This document shows, one piece after another, positions 32,749 to 41,363 of a stretch of DNA of 64,000 bases (position 1 is the stretch's first letter; every line of letters begins with the position of its first letter). The position numbers were made by a program, and so were the translations under genes. Below the pieces are notes generated by a model, which did no database searches, was not told the origin of the DNA, and saw nothing but the letters and a program-made list of their open reading frames with translations. The DNA comes from an uncultured Alphaproteobacteria bacterium (lineage in GTDB: Bacteria > Pseudomonadota > Alphaproteobacteria > HIMB59 > GCA-002718135): contig CABZFN010000003.1 of the NCBI GenBank assembly GCA_902525035.1, positions 70,395 through 134,394 of the forward strand, written 5' to 3'.

Positions 32749-34332
32749 TTAATTATCTATTAATTTTTTTAGATAATCAATAGTTTCTCTTAAACCAAAT
32801 AATTTAAAAAATGATCCTAGTCTAGGGCCTTGGTCCTGACCAAGCATAACTTGATATACAAGTTTAAAAAAATCTTTTAAGTTTTCAAATTTATGCTTTT
32901 TTCCAACTTCGTATAATAATGTTTGAATATCTTCAGATGAACTATTTTCATTAATATCATTTTCTAATACATTAATAATATCAATAAATACTTCTTTATT
33001 ACTACTATCAATCTCTAAAAATTTCTTTTTAGGCAAAATAAAATCTTCATAGTAATTTAGTGCAAAGTCTATGAGACGGTCAAATTCAGGGTTGTTATCA
33101 GCGTTAATTTGATCATCATATTTATTAATAAAAGACCAAATTACTTTTTTATCTTTAGAATTAGAAACGTTTACTAGGTTAGTTAAAGTATTGAAGTTTA
33201 TTTCTGATTTAAATTTTTTTGGTTTTCCGGAATGAATATGCCAAATTGGATTATCATACTGTTTATTTTTATCTAATTTTGAATAAGAATTATAATGAGC
33301 AAGATAATCATCTACAGTTTTAGGAATTACATCAAAGTGAAGTTTCTTTGCTGATTTTGGTTTTTGGAACATATAGAGTGCAAGACTCTCAGGAGATGCG
33401 TAACGCAGCCACTCATCTACACTAATACCATTTCCAACTGACTTAGAAATTTTTTCACCTTTTTCATCTAAAAACATTTCATAAATTAGATTAGTTGGTG
33501 GTTTTTTATTTAATGCTCTACAAATCTTGGATCCTAAATCAACACTTTCTGTAAGATCTTTACCACACATTTCATAATCAACATCAAACGACATCCATCT
33601 CATTGCCCAATCGACTTTCCACTGTAACTTACATTTTCCATTAATTACTTCTGTTTCAACTAACTTGTTTAAAGATGGATCTTTGTAAATAATTGTTTTT
33701 GAATCCATTTTATATTCTTCAATTTTTACTTGAAGAACCTCACCTGAGTTTTCACTTATTGGAAGAAATGGGCTATAAGTTTCTTTTCTCTCTGCTCTTA
33801 AGGTAGGTAAAATAATATCTAATATTTTTGAATAGTTTTCAAATATACTTAATATTGTTTCATTAAAATCTCCATTTTGATATTTTTCTGTTGAGCTAAC
33901 AAACTCATAGTCGAAATTAAATTCACCTAAAAAACTTCTAAGTTTTGCATTATTATGATGCCCAAAACTTTCAAATTTACCAAATGGATCTGGTATAGAA
34001 GTAAGTGGCTTACCTATAAATTTTTCTAACATTTCTTTATTTGGAACATTTTCAGGAACTTTTCTTAATCCATCCATATCATCAGAAAATGTGATCAGTT
34101 TAGTTGGGCAGTCTATTATAGAGCTAAATGCATTTTTTACCATTGATGTTCTTACAACTTCACCAAAAGTTCCAATATGAGGTAAACCTGAAGGGCCGTA
34201 ACCAGTTTCTAGTAATACATATCCCTTAGATGGAATTTTAAAATTTTGTAAACCACCATTTTTTTTAATGATTTGTAATGCTTCTTTAAAAGGCCAAGCT
34301 TTTAAGGATTGTACTAGTTCTTGATCAATCAT
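32749..34332 (-). CDS. lysK: lysine--tRNA ligase, class I
   Basis: 527 aa. HIGT (HIGH-type) motif in PSGLPHIGTFGE and KISKS (KMSKS-type) in GEKISKSVGNG. The length and layout are those of class I LysRS. Confidence 0.88.
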   Translation of the reverse strand: MIDQELVQSLKAWPFKEALQIIKKNGGLQNFKIPSKGYVLLETGYGPSGLPHIGTFGEVVRTSMVKNAFSSIIDCPTKLITFSDDMDGLRKVPENVPNKEMLEKFIGKPLTSIPDPFGKFESFGHHNNAKLRSFLGEFNFDYEFVSSTEKYQNGDFNETILSIFENYSKILDIILPTLRAERKETYSPFLPISENSGEVLQVKIEEYKMDSKTIIYKDPSLNKLVETEVINGKCKLQWKVDWAMRWMSFDVDYEMCGKDLTESVDLGSKICRALNKKPPTNLIYEMFLDEKGEKISKSVGNGISVDEWLRYASPESLALYMFQKPKSAKKLHFDVIPKTVDDYLAHYNSYSKLDKNKQYDNPIWHIHSGKPKKFKSEINFNTLTNLVNVSNSKDKKVIWSFINKYDDQINADNNPEFDRLIDFALNYYEDFILPKKKFLEIDSSNKEVFIDIINVLENDINENSSSEDIQTLLYEVGKKHKFENLKDFFKLVYQVMLGQDQGPRLGSFFKLFGLRETIDYLKKLIDN

Positions 34333-34786
34333 TTAATTTTGCTCTAATTCTAATTTTTTTACCCAATAACAATTTTAATGAATTTGTGAAATTAAAAATT
34401 TCAGTTCCTAATTTATTAAATAATTCATTTTCTAAATCTAGAATATTATTAATAATATTATTAATTAAATCATTCCCTGCTGCAGTTAGAATTAAACTAT
34501 CAGATCTTTTATCTTGTGGTTGTTGTTTAGATATTAATTTCTTTTCTTCTAGTTTGGAAACACGTAAACTAACAACTGATCTATCAATAGATGCATTTTT
34601 ACATATATCCTGTTGAGTAATATTTATGTTTTGTTGCTGTAATAAATAAATTGTCTCGAGAATAAGATATTCATTTAATGTGATTTGACTCTCTTTTAAT
34701 TTATGTCTTACTTTAGATTGCCATAAGTTTGATGTTTGCCAAATTAATAATGCTAATCTATTCTCATTTAGAGAAGTATCTGCCAT
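34325..34786 (-). CDS. MarR family transcriptional regulator
   Basis: 153 aa. Winged-helix core ITLNEYLILETIY ... ITQQDICKNASIDRSVVSLRVSKLEEKKLISK. 8-nt overlap with lysK. Confidence 0.8.
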   Translation of the reverse strand: MADTSLNENRLALLIWQTSNLWQSKVRHKLKESQITLNEYLILETIYLLQQQNINITQQDICKNASIDRSVVSLRVSKLEEKKLISKQQPQDKRSDSLILTAAGNDLINNIINNILDLENELFNKLGTEIFNFTNSLKLLLGKKIRIRAKLND

Positions 34787-34792
34787 TGTTTT

Positions 34793-34815
34793 TATACAAA
34801 CTGTTTGTATACAAA
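34793..34815. promoter_or_regulatory. candidate operator: overlapping palindromes TATACAAAC-T-GTTTGTATA and TTTGTATACAAA
   Basis: A perfect 9-bp inverted repeat with a 1-nt spacer lies at 34793-34811. It overlaps a perfect 12-bp palindrome at 34804-34815. The element begins 7 nt upstream of the MarR start codon, in the 48-nt gap after the ferredoxin gene. Confidence 0.35.
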
Positions 34816-34834
34816 TTAATAATTTTTGTCAATA

Positions 34835-35146
34835 CTATTCTGGTGCAATTTCTATCACTAAACCATCAAGCTCTTCAGAAAGATCAATTTGACAAGATAA
34901 TCTGGAATTATTTTTAACATCAAAAGCTTGATCAAGCATAGATTCTTCATCATCATCCATATTTTTCAGCTTATTTGTCCATTTTTCATCAATATAAACA
35001 TGACAGGTAGCACAAGCACAACATCCTCCACACGAAGCTTCAATATCGAAGCCATTATCTCTAAGCGTTTCCATTAATGTAAAATTACAATCATATTCAA
35101 TTTCAGACTTTTTACCTGATCTATCTGTGATTATTAACTTTGGCAT
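34835..35146 (-). CDS. [2Fe-2S] ferredoxin, adrenodoxin/putidaredoxin (vertebrate) type
   Basis: 103 aa. Cys spacing C-x5-C-x2-C-x36-C, counted by hand in SCGGCCACATCH...LSCQI. Confidence 0.85.
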   Translation of the reverse strand: MPKLIITDRSGKKSEIEYDCNFTLMETLRDNGFDIEASCGGCCACATCHVYIDEKWTNKLKNMDDDEESMLDQAFDVKNNSRLSCQIDLSEELDGLVIEIAPE

Positions 35147-36156
35147 TAAACGCCTAGTTTTTTCTGAAGTTCTTTGGAAGATGTTGTGTATCTAAAAATG
35201 TTTTTCTTATCAGGAAAGCAATACTTGAATACTTCTTGAGCCATTAAGGCAGACTCGTGAAATCCTGATAGAATAAGCTTAAGTTTTCCTGGATACCAAT
35301 TTATGTCACCAATCGCAAAGATTGATGGTGAAGAAGTTTCAAATTTTTCAGTGTCCACCTTAATTAAGTTCTCGTGTAAGTTTAAACCCCATTCAGCAAT
35401 TGGACCTAGTTCCATTTTTAAGCCAAAAAATGGCAAAAGGTAATCTACTTCAATTTTTGATCTTTCATTATCGTTTTCGTATTCAAGCATTATTTTGCTA
35501 TCTTGAATCTTTGAAATCTTTTTTATTTGGCCTTTTAAAAATTTAATTTTTCCTTTTGTTTCTAATTCTTGCATTTTTGAAACAGAATCCGGTGCTGCCC
35601 TAAACTCTTTTCTTCTATGTATTAGAGTTACATTGGAATCCTTAGATAATTCATTTGTCCAATCCAAAGCAGAATCCCCTCCTCCCGCAATTAAGAGTTT
35701 TTTATCCTTAAATATTATTTTGTCTCGAATTGCGTAAAAAACATTTTTGTTTTCGAAATTCTCAATATTCTCAATTGGAGGTTTTCGAGGTACAAAGCTT
35801 CCTGCTCCTGCGGCTATAACAATACATTTTGCTTCAACTTTTATGCCTATATTGGTCTCTACGATCCAACCATATTCTGTTTTAGCAATTTTCTCAACTT
35901 GTTGGTTAAGATGAAATTTAGGTTTAAACGGGTTTATCTGCTTAATTAACTCGTCAGTTAATTGTTGTCCTGTTACAACTGGTCTTGATGGAATATCATA
36001 AATTGGTTTTTCTGGGTACAATTCAGCGCACTGACCTCCAACCTTATCTAAATTGTCAACTAAATGACAATTTATGTTTAAGAGACCTAATTCAAATACA
36101 GCAAATAATCCTACCGGACCTGCACCTATAATTACTACATCAGTTTTTTCAGTCAT
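35146..36156 (-). CDS. ferredoxin--NADP(+) reductase, thioredoxin-reductase-like type
   Basis: 336 aa. DVVIIGAGPVGLFA (FAD), LIAGGGDSALDW (NADPH), FAIGDI. There is no CxxC redox pair, as in TrxR-like FNRs. TAATG 1-nt overlap with the ferredoxin gene. Confidence 0.85.
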   Translation of the reverse strand: MTEKTDVVIIGAGPVGLFAVFELGLLNINCHLVDNLDKVGGQCAELYPEKPIYDIPSRPVVTGQQLTDELIKQINPFKPKFHLNQQVEKIAKTEYGWIVETNIGIKVEAKCIVIAAGAGSFVPRKPPIENIENFENKNVFYAIRDKIIFKDKKLLIAGGGDSALDWTNELSKDSNVTLIHRRKEFRAAPDSVSKMQELETKGKIKFLKGQIKKISKIQDSKIMLEYENDNERSKIEVDYLLPFFGLKMELGPIAEWGLNLHENLIKVDTEKFETSSPSIFAIGDINWYPGKLKLILSGFHESALMAQEVFKYCFPDKKNIFRYTTSSKELQKKLGV

Positions 36157-36209
36157 ATGTGAAAAATAACAACTTTTTTTATTATTTCTAGGGATTATAT
36201 ATATTCTGT

Positions 36210-37265
36210 ATGAATTACGCTAATACCTCAAAATATTATAATCCAGCGATTTATATATGGCTATTAACAATAACCGCAATGGTTTTGTTAATTATAGTAA
36301 TTGGAGGTCTAACAAGATTAACCGACTCTGGACTTTCTATGACCGACTGGCGTCCAATTTTAGGTATAGTTCCACCAATGAGTTTAGAAAGTTGGTTGGT
36401 TGTATTTGAAATGTATAAACAAACACCAGAATACAAAATAGTTAACAAAAATATGACGTTAAATGAGTTTAAATATATTTTTTGGTGGGAGTGGTTTCAT
36501 AGAATATTTGCAAGAACCATTGGAGTTGTCTTTTTAATACCTTTAGTTTACTTCAGTTTTAAAAAACAAATTCAATTTTCACTCTATATAAGGCTTGGTA
36601 CTGTCTTTTTGTTTGGTTTGTTTCAAGCAGTTATTGGATGGTGGATGGTAAAGAGTGGTTTGACTGAAAATCCTTATGTAAGCCCTTATAGACTTACTTT
36701 TCATCTTTTAAATGCTCTTATAATTTTTTCTATATTATTATGGATAGCAATGGATTACAGGTATTCTTCAAATATAAGTTTTTTATCTAATCCAAAAACA
36801 ATTGAATTTTATATTTTAATTGCTGTAATCTTAATATTTATTACTATTGCAACAGGTGGATTTATGGCAGGAACCAATTCTGGACAATCTTTTAATACTT
36901 TTCCACTAATGAATGGAAAAATTATACCTGATGACTATGTGATTGATGATTTAGGTATTTATAATATTTTTGAAAATACAGTTGCAATAAATTTTAACCA
37001 CCGCTGGTTATCAATATTTGTTTTTTTTTATATCCTATTTGTATGTTTTAGATTTATTAAATTTGATAATAAAAATGTTTCTAGTTATCTAGTTTACTTG
37101 GTTATATTTTTTCTCACTTTACAAGTTATTTTAGGAATTATCACACTTTTAAGCAATGTTTATTTACCAGTCGCAAGTTTACATCAGACTAATTCAATTT
37201 TGTTATTATCAACTTTATTAATTAGTTATCATCAAATTAAAATTAGAAAGGTTAAGAATGTCTAA
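36210..37265 (+). CDS. ctaA: heme A synthase (COX15/CtaA family)
   Basis: 351 aa, 8 TM. GGLTRLTDSGLSMTDW, EFKYIFWWEWFHR, HR/HQ His ligands in both halves. Confidence 0.88.
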   Translation: MNYANTSKYYNPAIYIWLLTITAMVLLIIVIGGLTRLTDSGLSMTDWRPILGIVPPMSLESWLVVFEMYKQTPEYKIVNKNMTLNEFKYIFWWEWFHRIFARTIGVVFLIPLVYFSFKKQIQFSLYIRLGTVFLFGLFQAVIGWWMVKSGLTENPYVSPYRLTFHLLNALIIFSILLWIAMDYRYSSNISFLSNPKTIEFYILIAVILIFITIATGGFMAGTNSGQSFNTFPLMNGKIIPDDYVIDDLGIYNIFENTVAINFNHRWLSIFVFFYILFVCFRFIKFDNKNVSSYLVYLVIFFLTLQVILGIITLLSNVYLPVASLHQTNSILLLSTLLISYHQIKIRKVKNV

Positions 37266-37983
37266 CAAAAATATATTTGTCTTTGGAGGAACAGGTTCTA
37301 TTGGAAAATCATTATCAAAAAAACTTAAGAGTAATAACTATGATCCAGTAATTATTTCTAGAAATGAGACAGAATTAAAACAATTATCAGAGGAAATTGG
37401 TTGCGAATATAAAGTTTGTGATGTTTTAGATTTTGATAAAGTTAGAAGTATTTCTGAAGAATACAAAGATCGATTATGCGGTATTGCTTTTTGTGTTGGT
37501 TCTATAAATTTAAAACCTCTCAAAATGACTAAAGATGAAGATTTTATTGATTCTTTTAAGATAAATACACTTAGTGCAATAAATGCAATTAAGTTTAATC
37601 AAGAAACTTTAGCTAAAAATACCGGTAGTATTCTACTTTATTCAACTATAGCTGTTAAACAGGGTTTTACTAATCACACAATAGTCTCTACTGCAAAAGG
37701 TGCTATTGAAGGGCTTACTTTAAGCTTAGCTGCAGAATTTGCTCCAAAAATTAAAGTTAATTGTATTGCGCCAAGTTTAACTGACGCAAAAATGACACAA
37801 AAGTTGATTAGTAATGAAACTATTAAGAAAGCAATTGAAAATATGCATCCTCTACCTAAAATTGGATCTGGTGATGATTTCTCTGATATTGGAAGTTTTC
37901 TATTAAGTGATAAAAATAGTTGGATTACTGGACAAATATTTCATATAGATGGGGGAAGATCATCATTAAGAATTAAATCGTGA
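37258..37983 (+). CDS. SDR family protein lacking the canonical YxxxK tyrosine
   Basis: 241 aa. FVFGGTGSIGKSL Rossmann motif. At the expected catalytic position it reads NHTIVSTAK, with V in place of Y. 8-nt overlap with ctaA. Confidence 0.75.
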   Translation: MSNKNIFVFGGTGSIGKSLSKKLKSNNYDPVIISRNETELKQLSEEIGCEYKVCDVLDFDKVRSISEEYKDRLCGIAFCVGSINLKPLKMTKDEDFIDSFKINTLSAINAIKFNQETLAKNTGSILLYSTIAVKQGFTNHTIVSTAKGAIEGLTLSLAAEFAPKIKVNCIAPSLTDAKMTQKLISNETIKKAIENMHPLPKIGSGDDFSDIGSFLLSDKNSWITGQIFHIDGGRSSLRIKS

Positions 37984-38663
37984 AATATATCTTTATAATT
38001 TGTTTATCAGTTTTTTCTTTTAGTGTTTTTTGTCAACCATTTCCTATACCAGAAGATAATGAAGTAAGTTACGATGTTATTAGAAAAAAGAAAAATATTG
38101 GAAGCTTAATATCAAAATTTATAGAAAATGAAGACAGTATAGTTGTGCATTCAGTCTTAAAGATAAATGTTAAAGTTTTATTTATTCCAGCATACAAATT
38201 TTTTCAAGAAACTAAAGAAACATGGACAAATGGAGAATTTGTATCAATAGATGGATTTACAGATTTTGAAGATGATAGGGAATACAAAATAATTGGAAAT
38301 GATAAAGATAATTTTTTCATTGCTAGTGGTATGGATGGGCAAATAAAATTAGACAAAAATATAGTACCATTAAACTATTGGAATCCTGAAATGTTAAAAG
38401 AAAAAGAGGTATTTGACACTCAAAAGGGTATTGTGAGAACAATAGAAGTAGAGCAACTTGAAGATGAAAAAATTAAAATCAATGACATTGAAATATTAGC
38501 TAATAAGTATCTTTTCAATGCATCAAAAAACCCAAAAGATAAAGGACCATTTCCAGAATATACACTTTGGTATTTTGAAAAAGAACTCATGAAAATGGAA
38601 TTCAAAAACCCTAATGATAAAAAAAATATTATAACAATAATTCGTAATGATTGGAGTCAATAG
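37980..38663 (+). CDS. exported protein of unknown function
   Basis: 227 aa. GTG start in a GTGA overlap. Signal peptide MKYIFIICLSVFSFSVFC. The mature part looks beta-rich and has no motif I can name. Confidence 0.55.
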   Translation: MKYIFIICLSVFSFSVFCQPFPIPEDNEVSYDVIRKKKNIGSLISKFIENEDSIVVHSVLKINVKVLFIPAYKFFQETKETWTNGEFVSIDGFTDFEDDREYKIIGNDKDNFFIASGMDGQIKLDKNIVPLNYWNPEMLKEKEVFDTQKGIVRTIEVEQLEDEKIKINDIEILANKYLFNASKNPKDKGPFPEYTLWYFEKELMKMEFKNPNDKKNIITIIRNDWSQ

Positions 38664-39422
38664 TTGCAAACTATATGGATTACCGGTGGATCTTCAGGTA
38701 TTGGTTTTGCTACAGCAAAAGAATTTATAGGTAATAATTGGCAAGTTGTAATTTCTTCAAGTAATAAAATAAAACTTGAATCTGCAAAAAAAAAGTTAGA
38801 ACTAAATAATCATAAAAATTTAGTTCATGCTATTGTGTGTGATATTTCTTCTAAAAATAATGTTGATGAAACGATTAATTCTATAGAAAAAAATATTGGT
38901 AAAATTGATATAGCATTATTAAATGCATCAGCTTATAGTCCAAACAAAAATCAAATATTTGATATTGCAAACTACGAATTACTAGTTGATGTAAATATCA
39001 AAGGCACTTTGTATTGTGTTAACAAATTAAAAGATGTTATGAAAAATAGAAATAATACGATAGCTATAATTTCTTCACCATTGGGATATAGAGGTTGGCC
39101 AACAGCAGGGGCATATGGTATTTCTAAGGCAGCACAATTAAGCTTGAGTGAGAGCTTGTATTTTGATTTTAAAAAGTTGAACATTAACGTTAGAGTTATA
39201 TGTCCAGGTTTTATTGATACTGAAGCAACCAAGAAAAATAGCTTCAAAATGCCTTTTTTAAAAAGTGCTGAATATGCAGGAAAAAAAATATTTGATAGAC
39301 TAACTAAAGGTAAAGAATTTGAAATAATTTTTCCCTATTTTATTGTATATTTTTTTAAATTTACAAGGATATTACCTTACAAAATATATTTTTATATTTG
39401 GAAAAAATTAGGGAATTTCTAG
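38664..39422 (+). CDS. classical SDR family oxidoreductase
   Basis: 252 aa. TGGSSGIGFA, NASA (NNAG variant), catalytic S...YGISK. TTG start directly abutting the previous stop. Confidence 0.8.
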   Translation: MQTIWITGGSSGIGFATAKEFIGNNWQVVISSSNKIKLESAKKKLELNNHKNLVHAIVCDISSKNNVDETINSIEKNIGKIDIALLNASAYSPNKNQIFDIANYELLVDVNIKGTLYCVNKLKDVMKNRNNTIAIISSPLGYRGWPTAGAYGISKAAQLSLSESLYFDFKKLNINVRVICPGFIDTEATKKNSFKMPFLKSAEYAGKKIFDRLTKGKEFEIIFPYFIVYFFKFTRILPYKIYFYIWKKLGNF

Positions 39423-40504
39423 TTTAGTTCACCAATATAAATTCCAAGACCTTGAGCTACTCTGATTAAAGGATCATTTTTTTGAACTGTTTTTGAATAT
39501 CCAGCAACTTGACTAAGCAATAAATCTCGTACACCTCTGTCTTTCCACACAACTACTCTATTAAATTTTTTCTTAGCTATTAAATCAACAGCATAAACTC
39601 CAAAAGCACTTGCGATCAAACGATCTCTGTGAGTTGGTTGAGCACCTCGTTGAACATGCCCAAGCACTGTTACTCTTGTCTCAGAATCTGTTATTTTATA
39701 AATTTCATCACCAAGATAATTTCCAATCCCTCCAAGGCGGACCTCTCCATCAACATATTTCACTGTAGCTTTTTTACCGTTTTCTTTTTTTACAGCTTCT
39801 GCAACAACAATTAATGCATGATTTCTTCCTTTAGATCTAAGAGTTTCAATATGATCAGCGATGGATTTTATTGAATATTGAATCTCAGGAATCAAAATAA
39901 CATCTGCTCCTCCCGCAATTCCTGCATTCAAAGCAATGTGGCCTGCATCTCTACCCATCACTTCTAAAATCATAACTCTTCTGTGGCTTGCCGCAGTTGG
40001 TTGAAGCATATCTAAAGCATTTGTTGCTACGTCAACTGCAGTATCATATCCTATAGATAGTTCGTTATGCTTTACATCATTATCAATAGTCTTTGGAATA
40101 CCTACAAAATTTATATTTCCTTTTTTTGTAATACTTTGAAGAATTTTCAAACTTCCATCTCCCCCAATACCTATTAGTGCATCTATTCCTAATTTTTTAA
40201 AACCTTCTATAACTAAATCAGATGAATCAATTTTTTTTCCATTCCTTATAATTTTTTTAAAAGGGTTACCTTTGTTATTTGATCCCAAAAAAGTTCCACC
40301 CATTCTCATTAAGCTGCCTTCAAAATTTTGTGGATCTAATTTGATAACGTCCAGTGGTTCTTTTAACAAGCCTAATGTTCCATCCTTAATTCCATAAACT
40401 TCCCAATTGTACTTATTATGTGCTCTTAATGTAACTGCTCTAATTACTGCATTTAAACCTGCACAATCTCCACCACTTGTTAAAATAGCTATTTTTTTTA
40501 CCAC
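39419..40504 (-). CDS. pfk: 6-phosphofructokinase (PFK-A family; phosphoryl donor unresolved)
   Basis: 361 aa. TSGGDCAGLNA, IGGDGS, GIPKTIDND, MGRDAG. Confidence 0.9.
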   Translation of the reverse strand: MVKKIAILTSGGDCAGLNAVIRAVTLRAHNKYNWEVYGIKDGTLGLLKEPLDVIKLDPQNFEGSLMRMGGTFLGSNNKGNPFKKIIRNGKKIDSSDLVIEGFKKLGIDALIGIGGDGSLKILQSITKKGNINFVGIPKTIDNDVKHNELSIGYDTAVDVATNALDMLQPTAASHRRVMILEVMGRDAGHIALNAGIAGGADVILIPEIQYSIKSIADHIETLRSKGRNHALIVVAEAVKKENGKKATVKYVDGEVRLGGIGNYLGDEIYKITDSETRVTVLGHVQRGAQPTHRDRLIASAFGVYAVDLIAKKKFNRVVVWKDRGVRDLLLSQVAGYSKTVQKNDPLIRVAQGLGIYIGELN

Positions 40505-40548
40505 AGGGCGTTTATATACTATTATTATATTTTTACTTATTTATTTTC

Positions 40549-40749
40549 ATGGATGACATAAACAAACTTATAGAAATTTTAAAAAATTTTGAACAAGAAC
40601 ATAGAGATCTTGATGAAATACTTATTAGACTTCAAGAAAAAAATACTGTAGATTTTTTGCAAATTCAAAGATTAAAAAAAAGAAAATTAATCCTAAAAGA
40701 TAAAATATTAGAAATTCAAAATAAATTAGAGCCTGATAGTATAGCTTAA
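40549..40749 (+). CDS. DUF465 (YdcH-like) small coiled-coil protein
   Basis: 66 aa. LQIQRLKKRKLILKDKI pattern typical of DUF465. Confidence 0.65.
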   Translation: MDDINKLIEILKNFEQEHRDLDEILIRLQEKNTVDFLQIQRLKKRKLILKDKILEIQNKLEPDSIA

Positions 40750-41363
40750 GCTAAAAAACTTTTTAAAAATTTAGGAGTATTATCCTTAATAAAAGATATT
40801 CTTTCCTTAATTTTTGGAATTTTTGATATTTTCTTAAGATTTTTATCGATATTTTCTTCAACGTCCTTCATTTCTTTTGAAAAAAAGACGAATAATGCAT
40901 TAGTATAAACTCCTGATAAAATAAGTCTTTTTGTATAAAAATTAAAATCTGTTGAATTATCTCCAGCTAAATACCACATTGTATTTACTGAATTATATAA
41001 ACTCTTTTTGGATATTTTATTATTTGTGGGCAGCAATAGATGGTTGAAGGTTTTTTTATAAAATTCTTTATCTTCATTTAATATATCAAATCGTAATAAT
41101 AATATTTTTTTTATTCTTTTGTTAATTGGAAAATTAATTAAGTTAATTTTTTTTAATTTAAATTCAAGTTTTTCATTAATATTTTGTAGAGCATATTTTA
41201 ATAAATCTTTATACCCATCTGGAAAAAAAAAGAATAAATCATTTTTTTCTATGTTTTGTTTTTGTAATTTTGAAAATATTTCTGATGACCAACCTTCAAT
41301 TGATACAATTTTTTTTGCTTTTTTTAGAATATCTTCTTTTTTTTTATTTTCTGTTTTGTTCAT
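40746..41363 (-). CDS. COQ9-like / 'rpsU-divergently transcribed' family protein
   Basis: 205 aa. The helical, TetR-like fold pattern and the location near a divergent rpsU match the alphaproteobacterial COQ9 homologue family. The assignment is from memory of that family, not from a motif. Confidence 0.55.
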   Translation of the reverse strand: MNKTENKKKEDILKKAKKIVSIEGWSSEIFSKLQKQNIEKNDLFFFFPDGYKDLLKYALQNINEKLEFKLKKINLINFPINKRIKKILLLRFDILNEDKEFYKKTFNHLLLPTNNKISKKSLYNSVNTMWYLAGDNSTDFNFYTKRLILSGVYTNALFVFFSKEMKDVEENIDKNLKKISKIPKIKERISFIKDNTPKFLKSFLA

